Shown: positions 18,189 through 27,936, counted from the stretch's first letter. The stretch is DNA of 64,000 bases from Oscillospiraceae bacterium (GCA_015063795.1 SVTL01000001.1:111614-175613), one strand, 5' to 3'. Notes: a model not told the origin generated them from the letters alone. Numbers and translations are program-made.

Positions 18189-21100
18189 TTATTTTGTGAA
18201 GGGCAGATCCAGCAGGACCTTGTTCTGTGCGTTGACGTCGGCGGTGACGATCAGACGGTAGGAGCCCTTGGCAAGGGAGGCGAAGTCCGAAGAAGACATC
18301 AGCGTGGACAGGTTGATGCGGCGCACGAAGTTGTAATACTCCGCAGCCGTCTTGACCACCGCACCGGTGGCGGCATTTTTGATGTCAATGCGGACCGAGC
18401 AGACATCGTAATTGGACACGATGGTGCCCTTGAGTCCTTCGGTGACATCGCTTGCCGAGTTGATGTCCTTGATCACGCAGAAGTTTTTGGGGAAGTAGCC
18501 GGTGGTAAACTCCTTGGTGGCAATGGGAATATATTTGTAGGAAGTCGTATTGGTGCTGATCAGCTGAGCGAAGGTGTATTCTTTTTCGATGAGCCAGTTG
18601 GAGCTGTAGCCGTTGTATTGCTTCAGGGAAGAAGTCTGCTCGGTGAGCTTCAGCGTGCTTCTGGCGGCATTGATGGAGCCGTCAAAGTTGTAAGCTACAT
18701 GGGGAGGTGCCGCCACCAGACGGACATGGCCCAGTATGTTGCTGCCGCTGGCCCAGCGGGAGATGAGGGCATCGCCTATGTTCACTTGCGCCAGTGCGCG
18801 GTAAAGGGTTTGACAGCTGTCCTTCTCGTTGTCGCCCGAAGCGAGAAGGATCTCCTCGGTCAACGCATGGGAATAGCCACGCCAGTTGTATTCGCCCACG
18901 GCGTAGAAGCCCGTGTTTTGAGCCGGGTTCATGTCGTCGGTCTTGCGGATGCCAATGATGTCATTTCCATAGCGGATCCAGCCCGCCAAAGGAGCGGTGG
19001 AGCAGACGTTGCCGCGGATGTTGGAAGTGGTGACGGCGGCCGGCGTTTGGTAAATGCCGTCGGTCAGCTCGGCTGAGAAGTTTTCCAGATCGCCGATGCC
19101 GGCACAGTAGGGAAGACCGCGGTAGGTCTGCTTGGGCAGATAGATGCAGGAGTCGGAAACCGTGCTGTGGGAGGAAAGGTCGATCTTGGCCGAGGGTGTC
19201 CATTCCACCGAAGCCATCGCTTCCATATAATTGAGGATGGCGTTTCCGTTTCGATATGCGGCAACAGCGTCATAGGTGCCGTCCAGTCCCGCGTCCGCCT
19301 TGTCGATGACGTTGTGCTGCAGCCACGCCGTCTTTCCGCTGCTTTCCCTGCCTGATCCGCAGGCGGCGAGCGCTACGCCGTATACGCTTCGTTCAATGGG
19401 CTCGGAGTAGATATACTGTGTTTCGCCGTTTTCTTCATAGCAGAGGTAGGCAACAGCGGTGTACGCGGTCTTGTAATCCTGCAGGGCGATGTCATCCAGC
19501 GTTGCGCTGAAGATGAGATGAGAGTCGGTGTTGTCGTCTGCGCTGTGCCGCGCATCGTTCGGCTCGCTGCGGAGCTCATAGCCGGCAGCATCCAGAGTGA
19601 CCATGCCCGCCATATGATCAAAGGAAAGCGTGTCGGTCTCATCCAGCATGGACGAGGGGAGGACCAGGAAGCCGTAGGAGCATTCGGACAGATCAAAGCC
19701 GGTGTTCTTCATCACCTTGCCGATGAAGCGGAGTCCCTGAGACTCGGTATCGGTCTTGATCATGGCACCGAGAGCATGGATGGGGCGGTCGGGCTTGACG
19801 GTGATGTCAAACGTTCCGCAGTCTTGACCGTTGTAACAGACCTGAACCGAGGTGACATCCGCACTCAGCGGGGAGGATTGCCCTGCCGAGAAGGTGAAGC
19901 CGCCGTCGGAGGGGGAATAAGCAATGGTCTTTTGGATGTCGTCGAAGACGGTGGCGGTCAGTTGGAGCCCGATCGGCTTATAGAAATCGCCGGCATAGAA
20001 CAGCGTTTTGGTGGGGGCGTTCTTTAAAGCGATAGCTGTGACCGCGGTCATTGGGGTGATGATGTCGGAAGCACCGCTGATCTTGTTGTACAGCTTTCGG
20101 ACCTGTTCAGCCGTGCCGCTGTATTGTGACAGATCCACGGTGACTTGCTGCGGCGCGTCGTTTTTGTGTCCGTCAATGATGTGGAAGATGCTCTTGTTTT
20201 CGGAAGCGGTCAGCTTGGCCTTGCCCGAAACGGTCAGGGTGATACGGCTGTCCGGCGAGGTCAGACCGCCTTTTCCGACCGTATAGACATGCCCTGTGAT
20301 CATTCCGCCGGTGATGTTGATGTTGATATCTCCTGTATGGGCGGCAGATTCGTTGTCGGTCAAGCAGGTGCCGTACAGCGTTTCCACGGTGGTGTTGCCG
20401 CCGACGGTCAGATTCAGCGTTCCGTTGGAGGCACCGTAGCCGGCGGTGTTGATGCCGTGATTGCCGGCGCAGATGGCATAGAACTTGCCGCTGAGCACAG
20501 TCAGGTCGGTGTCCCCCTGCGTGCTCTTGTAACGGTGACCGCCCGCCAGCGTTGGGTAGTAGATCATGCCGGCGGAGGGATCGTTTTTTCCGTCTTCAGT
20601 CAGAACACCGCAGCTGATGCCCTCGCCGAAGGTCATCTTGTGACAGTCGGCGGCGATCAAACGGGAGCTTTGGACCGTCTTCTTGCTGCCGCCTTCGCTG
20701 TAAGTCCAGGGCATGGTGAAGATGTTCAGGTTTTCAAAGATGGTTTCGCCGCCCAGACTCAGCGTGATGGGGTTTTGCAGGATCAGACGGGCGTTGCTGC
20801 CGTTGGTGCGGTAGTTTACGCCATTGTAAAGGCTGGTGATGGTGATGGGACTCTTTGTGGCCGGCATACAGAAGTCTTGTGTGCTTTTGGATGTGCCGTT
20901 TCCATAGCGTTCATCCAGCTTGACCTCACCGACGATGACGATCGTGCCGCCCGAATCGGCAAGCAGCTCCGCCGCCTGATACAGAACGCTGTTGCGGTAG
21001 CGGAGAGAGGAGTCGGACTTTTCACGCACAATGGCTCTCAGCGGCTTGTCGGGGGAAGAACCGTCACCGCGCCCGTTGTCGGCGATGAAGATGACGCGCT

Positions 21101-22277
21101 GATCGAGAGAATGGTCGGAATGGAAGCCGATGCTCTTGTTTTCGGAGTGAAGACAATAGGAGCTTTCGAGGTTAGACGCGTCATAAGCTTCGGGATCGTA
21201 TCCGTCGAAGCGGATGGAGGCGGAGGAGGGAGCGTATTCATTGACAACGCCGTTTTCGGAGGAGGCGAAGAATTTGATGCCCTCTTGTTTGAACAGACCG
21301 CCGCGGATGGTCAGCGAGAAGGTTGAGGTGGGGGAGGAATAGCCGCGGGGCGAACAGGAAAGAATCGGACCGTAGAACAGACCGCCGTTGATCTCGATGG
21401 CGGAATCGCCTGCGAAGCCTCCGCCCATGCCCGAGACGGTGGGAGCATCGAGCGAGGTACCCGACACACATCCGCGAAAAACGCCGCCGTAAATGGTCAG
21501 CGTCCCGCTTCCGGTATGCAGACTGCTGCCGCTGTCGCCGGTGCCGAACGAACCCACTGCCGCTTGGTAGTAGGTACCGCTTTTGATGACCAGGTGATGC
21601 TCACCCTCGGTCGATTGGCTGCGGCTGCCTCCCACCAACGTCGGATAGCAGGCAGGGATGGGGTTGGTGAATGTCTTGCCGTAGTGGTCCAGCACAAAGG
21701 TGCGGATGCCCACATCCAGATACAGGTCGTTGCCGTTGGCGGCGATGATCCGTTTGGTCGCGGGGTGCTCCATGTCGGCGCTTTGCGTGCAGATGTCGAT
21801 GTTCTTGAACACCGTAAAGCCGGAACAGGACAAGGTCGCGGGGGATTTGAGAATCAGCCTGGCACCGTTGCTCTCACGGTAGTCGATGCCGTTGTAAAAG
21901 CTGGTGATGGTGATCATTCGCTTGCCGTGGGAGGGCATGAAAAAATCACGGAAGGTGTCATCGTTTCCGCAGGTGTTGCTTGCGTCCAGCGTCACGGGAC
22001 CGCAAATGACAATGGTGCCGCCGGTCAGTTCCAGCTTCTTGGCCGCCTGATAGAGAGCGGAGTCCTTGTACAAAGCGGGAATCGTCTCATTGACATCATA
22101 ATGGCCAACGGTCGGCTTGAGTGGACTGTCTGCGGAGGTGCCGTCGCCGGTAGCGCCATCAGCGATGAAAACGACTGCGGGAGAAGCCGCGGCCCCGACA
22201 GATGTACCGAGGGCGAGAAGGATGGCTGACGTGACGATGAGAAGCGAGAGCAATGCGGTTTTTAAATGGGGGATCAT
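18189..22277 (-). CDS. Exported double beta-helix-module protein with a C-terminal Cys/His module (array family)
   Basis: The ORF-track entry is 1413 aa. I place the start at Met52 (ATG at 22277) because AAGGAAGGAG lies about 9 nt upstream and the signal peptide MIPHLKTALLSLLIVTSAILLALGTSVGAAAS begins there. The two N-terminal modules are VVFIADGATGDGTSADSPL...GGTIVICG and VIFIADNGRGDGSSPDKPL...GGTIVIVGE. The motifs are GNVCSTAP, GHVRLV and LTEQTS. Confidence 0.8.
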   Translation of the reverse strand: MIPHLKTALLSLLIVTSAILLALGTSVGAAASPAVVFIADGATGDGTSADSPLKPTVGHYDVNETIPALYKDSALYQAAKKLELTGGTIVICGPVTLDASNTCGNDDTFRDFFMPSHGKRMITITSFYNGIDYRESNGARLILKSPATLSCSGFTVFKNIDICTQSADMEHPATKRIIAANGNDLYLDVGIRTFVLDHYGKTFTNPIPACYPTLVGGSRSQSTEGEHHLVIKSGTYYQAAVGSFGTGDSGSSLHTGSGTLTIYGGVFRGCVSGTSLDAPTVSGMGGGFAGDSAIEINGGLFYGPILSCSPRGYSSPTSTFSLTIRGGLFKQEGIKFFASSENGVVNEYAPSSASIRFDGYDPEAYDASNLESSYCLHSENKSIGFHSDHSLDQRVIFIADNGRGDGSSPDKPLRAIVREKSDSSLRYRNSVLYQAAELLADSGGTIVIVGEVKLDERYGNGTSKSTQDFCMPATKSPITITSLYNGVNYRTNGSNARLILQNPITLSLGGETIFENLNIFTMPWTYSEGGSKKTVQSSRLIAADCHKMTFGEGISCGVLTEDGKNDPSAGMIYYPTLAGGHRYKSTQGDTDLTVLSGKFYAICAGNHGINTAGYGASNGTLNLTVGGNTTVETLYGTCLTDNESAAHTGDININITGGMITGHVYTVGKGGLTSPDSRITLTVSGKAKLTASENKSIFHIIDGHKNDAPQQVTVDLSQYSGTAEQVRKLYNKISGASDIITPMTAVTAIALKNAPTKTLFYAGDFYKPIGLQLTATVFDDIQKTIAYSPSDGGFTFSAGQSSPLSADVTSVQVCYNGQDCGTFDITVKPDRPIHALGAMIKTDTESQGLRFIGKVMKNTGFDLSECSYGFLVLPSSMLDETDTLSFDHMAGMVTLDAAGYELRSEPNDARHSADDNTDSHLIFSATLDDIALQDYKTAYTAVAYLCYEENGETQYIYSEPIERSVYGVALAACGSGRESSGKTAWLQHNVIDKADAGLDGTYDAVAAYRNGNAILNYMEAMASVEWTPSAKIDLSSHSTVSDSCIYLPKQTYRGLPYCAGIGDLENFSAELTDGIYQTPAAVTTSNIRGNVCSTAPLAGWIRYGNDIIGIRKTDDMNPAQNTGFYAVGEYNWRGYSHALTEEILLASGDNEKDSCQTLYRALAQVNIGDALISRWASGSNILGHVRLVAAPPHVAYNFDGSINAARSTLKLTEQTSSLKQYNGYSSNWLIEKEYTFAQLISTNTTSYKYIPIATKEFTTGYFPKNFCVIKDINSASDVTEGLKGTIVSNYDVCSVRIDIKNAATGAVVKTAAEYYNFVRRINLSTLMSSSDFASLAKGSYRLIVTADVNAQNKVLLDLPFTK

Positions 22278-22448
22278 GGGGAAAATCTCCTTCCTTGGAT
22301 GGTTCTGAGCGGATGTTTTGGCGAACCGATATGGCTGGGGTACGCCGTTTTGACGGGCCTTTATGTCATAATAATCCTCTTTTTTCTTGTTGAAAGAACG
22401 ACGTGATTCTTGCTGTCGGCTGTGCGGCAAACCTTTTTATATACATTT

Positions 22449-22477
22449 ATCATACTATATCTCGCCATGACAATCAA
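22449..22477 (-). promoter_or_regulatory. Possible promoter of the 1362-aa paralog
   Basis: On the minus strand it reads TTGATT-N17-TATGAT, downstream of the terminator at 22541..22581. This would give a leader of about 170 nt that ends in CATCCGCTCAGAACC before the RBS. Confidence 0.35.
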
Positions 22478-22540
22478 GAAGGATTTCGGACAAAAAATAC
22501 GAATGGATGTCGCATTTATCCAATGGCAAAAGCGACGGCA

Positions 22541-22581
22541 AAAGAAAGAACAGCCGCTTGGAAAAACGACTGTTCTTTTTG
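22541..22581 (-). terminator. Rho-independent terminator of the 1355-aa paralog
   Basis: An AGAACAG...CTGTTCT stem is flanked by A and T runs, 25 nt after the stop at 22606. Confidence 0.55.
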
Positions 22582-22605
22582 TTTGGTTGTGGAAGTGTCT
22601 GCCGA

Positions 22606-25600
22606 TTATTTGGAGAAGGGCAGATCCAGCAGGACCTTGTTCTGCGCGTTGACGTCGGCGGTGACGATCAGACGGTAGGAGCCCTTGGCAAGGGAGGCGA
22701 AGTCCGAAGAAGACATCAGCGTGGACAGGTCGATGCGGCGCACGAAGTTGTAATACTCCGCAGCCGTCTTGACCACCGCACCGGTGGCGGCATTTTTGAT
22801 GTCAACGCGGACCGAGCAGACATCGTAATTGGACACGATGGTGCCCTTGAGTCCTTCGGTGACATCGCTTGCCGAGTTGATGTCCTTGATCACACAGAAG
22901 TTTTTGGGGAAGTAGCCGGTGACAAACTCCTTGGTGGCAATGGGAATGTACTTGGCAGAGGCGGTTTGGCTGCCGACCAGCTGCTTGAAGGTGTATTGCT
23001 GTTCCACGCGCCAGTTGGAGCTGTAGCCGCTGTATTTCTTTACCGTGGAGGTCTGCTCGGTGAGCTTCAGCGTGCTGGCGTCGGGGTTGATGGTGCCGTC
23101 GGTATTGTAGACCACATGCGGGGGAGCCGCAACCAGGCGGACATGGCCGAGAACATCGTCGCCGCTGGGCCAGCGGGAGTTGACCGCATCACCGATGCCG
23201 ACCAGGGAGAGGGCGCGGTAGATCGCCTGATAGCCCTCCTCGGCGGTGTCGCCCGAGGCGTTGATGATGTCCAAGGTCGGATTGTCCACGAAGCCGCGCC
23301 AGTTGTATTCGCCCACGGCGTAGAAGCCCTTGTACTGGGCGGGGATCATGGTGGAGGTGCCGCGGGTGCCGATGATGTCGTTGCCGTAGCGGATCCAGCC
23401 GGCCAGAGGAGCGGTGGAGCAGACGTTGCCGCGGATGGTCTGTGCGGTGTAAGAGGCGGGTGTCTGGTAAACGCCGTCAATCAGCCAGGCGGAGAAATTC
23501 TCCAGATCTCCGACGCCGGCGCAGTAGGGAAGACCGTGATAGACCGTTCCGGGGTTGTAGATGCAGGATTTCGAAACCGAGCTGTACGAGGAGAGGTCGA
23601 TGGTGGACTTGGGAGTCCATTCGATGCTTGCCATCGCTTCCATGTAATCGAGGATGGCGGTTCCGTTTTTGTAGGCGGTGACAGCATCGTAGGTGCCGTC
23701 CAGCCCTGCATCGGCCTTGTCGATGACATTCAGCTTCAGCCAGACCTTGTCGCCCTCATTCTCCTGCTCCGATCCGCAGGCGGCGAGAGCCACGCCGTAT
23801 ACACTGCGCTCGATGGGCTCGGAGTAGACATATGTCTTTGCGCCGTTTTCTTCATAGCAGAGGTAAGCGACGGCGGTGTACGAGGTCTTGTAATCCTGCA
23901 GCGCGATGCCGTCCAGCGTTGCGCTGAAGATGCGGTAGGTCGGCGTGTCGTACTGCGCGTTATACTGCGCATCGTTCAGCTCGCTGCGGAGAACATAGCC
24001 CGTGGCATCCAGATCGGTCATGCCGGACATGTAGTCAAAGGAGAGCGAATCGCCCGTGGTCAGCATATCGGAGGGCAGGACCAGGAAGCCGTAGGTACAC
24101 TCAGCCAGATCAAAGCCGGCGTTTTTCATCACCTTGCCGGTGAAGCGGAGTCCCTGAGACTCGGTATCGGTCTTGATCATGGCACCGAGAGCATTGATGG
24201 GACGGTCGGGCTTGACGGTGATGTCAAATGTTCCGCAGAATTTGTTGTTGTAATAGACCTGAATCGAGGTGTCAGCGGCAGTCAGCGGCGAGGACTGTCC
24301 CTTCGAGAAGGTAAAGCCGTCGTCAAAGGGGGAATAGGAGATGGTCTTGTTTATGCTGCCGAAGACGGTGACATTCAGCTGAAGTCCGATCGGCTCATAG
24401 AAGTCGCCGGCGTAGAAGACTGTTTTGGTCGGTGCGCTCTTCAGCGAGACGGCCGTGACTGTGGAGGCGGGCGTGATGATGTTGGTCGCGCCGCTGATCT
24501 TGTTGTACAGCGTCTGGATCTGAGAAGCCGTTCCGCTGTATTTTGACAGGTCTACGGTGACGTTTTCCGGTGCATTGTTCTGATGGGTGGGGGAGATGTG
24601 ATAAACGACCTTCGACGAGGAGCCCTTGAAGGCCGCATTGCCCGATACTGTGAGCCGCACCGCGCTTTCTTCCGAGAAGAGCCCGCTCTGACCGACCAGA
24701 TACATCTGGTTGGAGACGGTTCCGCCGACGAAGTTGATCGCAATGTCGCCGGAATGGTAGGCAGAGGCATTGCTGGTGCTGCTGGTACCGTAGGCGTTGT
24801 AGGTGTAGGCGCTTCCGCCGATGGTCAGATTCAGCGTACCGTCGGAGGCGCTGTAGCCCTTGGTGGAAATGCCGTAGTTGCCGGCGCAGAGACGGTAGTA
24901 CTTACCGCTGAGCACGGTCAGATCGGTGTCATAATTGGTGTTCTTGTAGCGGTGTCCGCCCGCAACGGAGGGGTAATACTGAAGCCCTGCCGAGGAGTTG
25001 AGCGTACCGTTTTCATTGAGGTGGCCGGTGGTGACGCCTTCTCCGATGGTCAGCTTGTTGCCGTCGGCGGCGATGACGCGGGTGGAGTTGGCAACCTTGG
25101 TGGCACCGCTGTCATCGGTGTAGGTCCAGGGCATGGTGTAGAGGTTCAGGTTTTCAAAGGTAGTTTCACCGGCCAGGATCATGTTGATGGGATTTTGCAG
25201 GATCAGACGGGCGCCCTTGGTGCGGTAGTCCACGCCGTTGTACACACTGGTGATGGTGATGGGGTTTCTTGTGACAGGCATGTAGTAATCCTGTGTAGTC
25301 TTGCTGGTACCGTTGCCGTGGCGGTTGTCCAGCTTCACCTCGCCGACGATGACGATGGTGCCGCCCGAAACGGACAGCATCTCCGCCGCCTGATACAGGA
25401 CGCTGTTGCGGTAGCGGGTGTTGTTGGAGGCATTCTCATAAAATGCAGGCTTCAGCGGAGAAGAGGGGGAGGAGCCGTCGCCTGTTCCGTTGTCGGCAAT
25501 GTAGATCACGCGGCGCTCAAGGGTGTTGGCCGTGCGGAAGCCGATGGACGGATCGGAGGCATAGGACTTGTATGAGCTTCCCATGGCCGAAGCGTCATAG

Positions 25601-26673
25601 AAAGCAGGATCGCATTCGGAGAAATCGATGAGAGTGGACGCAGGGGCGTATTCGATGACCGAACCGTTTTCGGAGGAGGCATAGAACTTGATGCCCTCTT
25701 TTTTGAACATACCGCCACGGACGGTCAGCGTAAAGGAGGAGTCGGCCGAGGCATAACCGCGGGCAGAGCAGGCGATCACGGGCCCGTAGAACAGACCGCC
25801 GTTGATGACGATCTCCGATTTTCCGTCAATGCTGCCGCCTTTACCGGCAACGGTGGGCTCATCAAGCGAGGTGCCCGAGATCCTGCCGTGGAACACGCCG
25901 CCGTAGACGGTCAGCTTTCCTTCGCCGGTGTGGAGACCGTTGAAACCGTCGCCGATGCCGAACGCACCCACGGCCGCTTCGTAATACGTACCGCTCTTGA
26001 TGACAACGTGATGCTTTCCGCTGGTGGCGGCATAGCGGCTTCCGCCGACGACGGTGGGATAGCAGGACGGATCGGGGTTGGCGATTGTTTCGCCGTTATC
26101 GTCCAGCACAAAGGTGCGGATGCCCACATCCAGATACAGGTCGTTGCCGTTGGCGGCGATGACACGCTTGGTTGCGGGGTGATCGACATCGGTCCCCTGC
26201 GTGAGGATATCGATGTTTTTGAACACGGTAAAGCCGCCGCAGCGGAAGGTGGCAGGGGATTTGAGGATCAGCTTGGCATCGTTGGTCTGACGGTAATCGA
26301 CGCCGTTGTAAAAGCTGGTGATGGTGATCTTGCGAAGCCCGTGTGTGGGCATGATGAAGTCACGGGAATGGGTGCCGTTGCCGCAGGTGTTGCTTGCATC
26401 CAGCGTCACGGGGCCGCAGATGACGATGGTGCCGCCCGTGGTTTCCAGCTTTTTCGCTGCCTGATAGAGGGCAGAATCCCACTCATAATGAGGATTGGCT
26501 GCGGAGGTGTTGACGTTTCCCGTGGTGGGCTTGAGGGGGCTGTCGGCGGAGGTGCCGTTTCCGTTCGCGCCGTCGGCGATGAAGATGACGGGATTTTCGG
26601 CGGACACGGTAAAGGACAGGGCGAGCGCCGTCAGCATCAGGATGACGAGCAGGCCCGGAATCCATTTTTTCAT
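22606..26673 (-). CDS. Exported double beta-helix-module protein with a C-terminal Cys/His module (array family)
   Basis: This is a 1355-aa ORF with the signal peptide MKKWIPGLLVILMLTALALSFTVSAEN. It has two N-terminal modules. The motifs are GNVCSTAP, GHVRLV and LTEQTS. Its last ~110 aa are nearly identical to those of 18189..22277. Confidence 0.85.
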   Translation of the reverse strand: MKKWIPGLLVILMLTALALSFTVSAENPVIFIADGANGNGTSADSPLKPTTGNVNTSAANPHYEWDSALYQAAKKLETTGGTIVICGPVTLDASNTCGNGTHSRDFIMPTHGLRKITITSFYNGVDYRQTNDAKLILKSPATFRCGGFTVFKNIDILTQGTDVDHPATKRVIAANGNDLYLDVGIRTFVLDDNGETIANPDPSCYPTVVGGSRYAATSGKHHVVIKSGTYYEAAVGAFGIGDGFNGLHTGEGKLTVYGGVFHGRISGTSLDEPTVAGKGGSIDGKSEIVINGGLFYGPVIACSARGYASADSSFTLTVRGGMFKKEGIKFYASSENGSVIEYAPASTLIDFSECDPAFYDASAMGSSYKSYASDPSIGFRTANTLERRVIYIADNGTGDGSSPSSPLKPAFYENASNNTRYRNSVLYQAAEMLSVSGGTIVIVGEVKLDNRHGNGTSKTTQDYYMPVTRNPITITSVYNGVDYRTKGARLILQNPINMILAGETTFENLNLYTMPWTYTDDSGATKVANSTRVIAADGNKLTIGEGVTTGHLNENGTLNSSAGLQYYPSVAGGHRYKNTNYDTDLTVLSGKYYRLCAGNYGISTKGYSASDGTLNLTIGGSAYTYNAYGTSSTSNASAYHSGDIAINFVGGTVSNQMYLVGQSGLFSEESAVRLTVSGNAAFKGSSSKVVYHISPTHQNNAPENVTVDLSKYSGTASQIQTLYNKISGATNIITPASTVTAVSLKSAPTKTVFYAGDFYEPIGLQLNVTVFGSINKTISYSPFDDGFTFSKGQSSPLTAADTSIQVYYNNKFCGTFDITVKPDRPINALGAMIKTDTESQGLRFTGKVMKNAGFDLAECTYGFLVLPSDMLTTGDSLSFDYMSGMTDLDATGYVLRSELNDAQYNAQYDTPTYRIFSATLDGIALQDYKTSYTAVAYLCYEENGAKTYVYSEPIERSVYGVALAACGSEQENEGDKVWLKLNVIDKADAGLDGTYDAVTAYKNGTAILDYMEAMASIEWTPKSTIDLSSYSSVSKSCIYNPGTVYHGLPYCAGVGDLENFSAWLIDGVYQTPASYTAQTIRGNVCSTAPLAGWIRYGNDIIGTRGTSTMIPAQYKGFYAVGEYNWRGFVDNPTLDIINASGDTAEEGYQAIYRALSLVGIGDAVNSRWPSGDDVLGHVRLVAAPPHVVYNTDGTINPDASTLKLTEQTSTVKKYSGYSSNWRVEQQYTFKQLVGSQTASAKYIPIATKEFVTGYFPKNFCVIKDINSASDVTEGLKGTIVSNYDVCSVRVDIKNAATGAVVKTAAEYYNFVRRIDLSTLMSSSDFASLAKGSYRLIVTADVNAQNKVLLDLPFSK

Positions 26674-26715
26674 GAGTGGTTACCTACTTTCTGCGATGTA
26701 AGAGTCGGAAGTGTG

Positions 26716-27936
26716 TCAGTTTTTGGTGAAGGTCTGCTCATCGACGGTGACGGTGCCGGGGCCGATGGAGGCTTCGATGGTGATGGTATATGTGCCGGCG
26801 GGATAGTCAAAGAGGCTGGCCTTGGAGTTGAAGGAGGAGAGAGTGACCTCGCGGTCGGTGGGATAGGTGGTGGTTTCAAACTTCACATTGCCGTCGGCAT
26901 CGGTGATGGTGATGTCCACGCTGTACAGACGGTAATTGGAGGTCAGCTTGCCCTTGAGGCGTCCCTTTTCGGCCAGTTCGGTGGCGGTGGCGCGTCCTTC
27001 GATGGTGAAGCGGGGGGCATCGGCCAGACCGGTTGCCAGCTCGACGCAGGTGACGGGGATGTAGGAGTTGGAATAGAGGGTTTCGAAGGTATAGATCTCG
27101 TTGATTTTCCACGTGGTCTTATAACCGTCAGCCTTGTTGTTCCAAGAGGAGTTCTGCTCGGAGATGGTCACATAGCTGTGGTTGCCCAGGATCTGTTCGG
27201 TGCCCTTGCGTCGGGTGATGGTAGGCGTTTCGCAGTCCACCAGACGGCAGTGGCCTGCATCCTTCCAGCGGGAGAGAAGGATGTCACCCGGCTGCAGGGT
27301 GGCATAGATCTCGAACATTTCCTCTTTCTTGGTCTTTTTGGTCACCTCGGTGGAGTCGGTAAGGAAGTCGTTCCAGTTGTATTCACCCACGGGAATGACA
27401 CCGGTTCCGCTGTTGGAGAACATTTCGGCGGTGGAGGTATAGGTGGTGGTGGGGGAAACGAACTGCCATGCGGCCATGACCGCGGTGGTGCAATCGTTTC
27501 CGACCGCCTTGCTCCACTCCAGCGTGTCGTCATACAGTCCCTCGTTCAGCTTGGCGGCAAAGCCTGCCAGCGATCCGTGGTTGAATGCATATACAACACC
27601 GCGGTGGGGAACCCCTGCCTCGTAGGTCAGATCGATCTTCCAGGGCTCGGACTGCGTGTAGGTGACCGTCTCCTTGGGCGTCCATTCAACGTTGGCCATT
27701 TGATGGATATAGTCCACCACGGACTGGCGGGAGACGTTGATTTTATTTTCACCCATGGGGTAAACTTCGATGAAATCCTTCTCATCCTTGGAATTTTCGG
27801 TGGTTACTTCGGCGGTGGTTTCCGCTTCGGCGGTCGTTTCGGTAGAATCGTTGGAAACAGGGGCCGGCTGGTTGTTACAGGAAGGGATCATGAGGGCCGC
27901 AAGAAGGGCGGTCAAAAGAACAAGAGCTTTTTTCAT
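26716..27936 (-). CDS. Lipoprotein consisting of the array-family Cys/His module plus the terminal beta domain
   Basis: This is a 406-aa ORF beginning MKKALVLLTALLAALMIPSCNN, a lipobox-like signal. A T/E/A-rich linker follows. The motifs are VDYIHQMANVEW, GNDCTTAV, PGDILLSRW, GHCRLV, ISEQNS and YIPVT. Confidence 0.8.
   Translation of the reverse strand: MKKALVLLTALLAALMIPSCNNQPAPVSNDSTETTAEAETTAEVTTENSKDEKDFIEVYPMGENKINVSRQSVVDYIHQMANVEWTPKETVTYTQSEPWKIDLTYEAGVPHRGVVYAFNHGSLAGFAAKLNEGLYDDTLEWSKAVGNDCTTAVMAAWQFVSPTTTYTSTAEMFSNSGTGVIPVGEYNWNDFLTDSTEVTKKTKKEEMFEIYATLQPGDILLSRWKDAGHCRLVDCETPTITRRKGTEQILGNHSYVTISEQNSSWNNKADGYKTTWKINEIYTFETLYSNSYIPVTCVELATGLADAPRFTIEGRATATELAEKGRLKGKLTSNYRLYSVDITITDADGNVKFETTTYPTDREVTLSSFNSKASLFDYPAGTYTITIEASIGPGTVTVDEQTFTKN

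Noticed and set aside
22278-22430. N-terminal extensions suggested by the ORF track: 22278..22430; 32888..33106; 35560..35595; 30486..30518; 31732..31749; 35719..35853; 39986..40147; 61511..61564; 62588..62734; 58433..58474; 51730..51768.
   Set aside because: In each case a downstream in-frame start has a GGAG-type RBS and begins a proper signal peptide, lipobox or conserved N-terminus. The extension translates to non-protein-like sequence or runs through a terminator or promoter.
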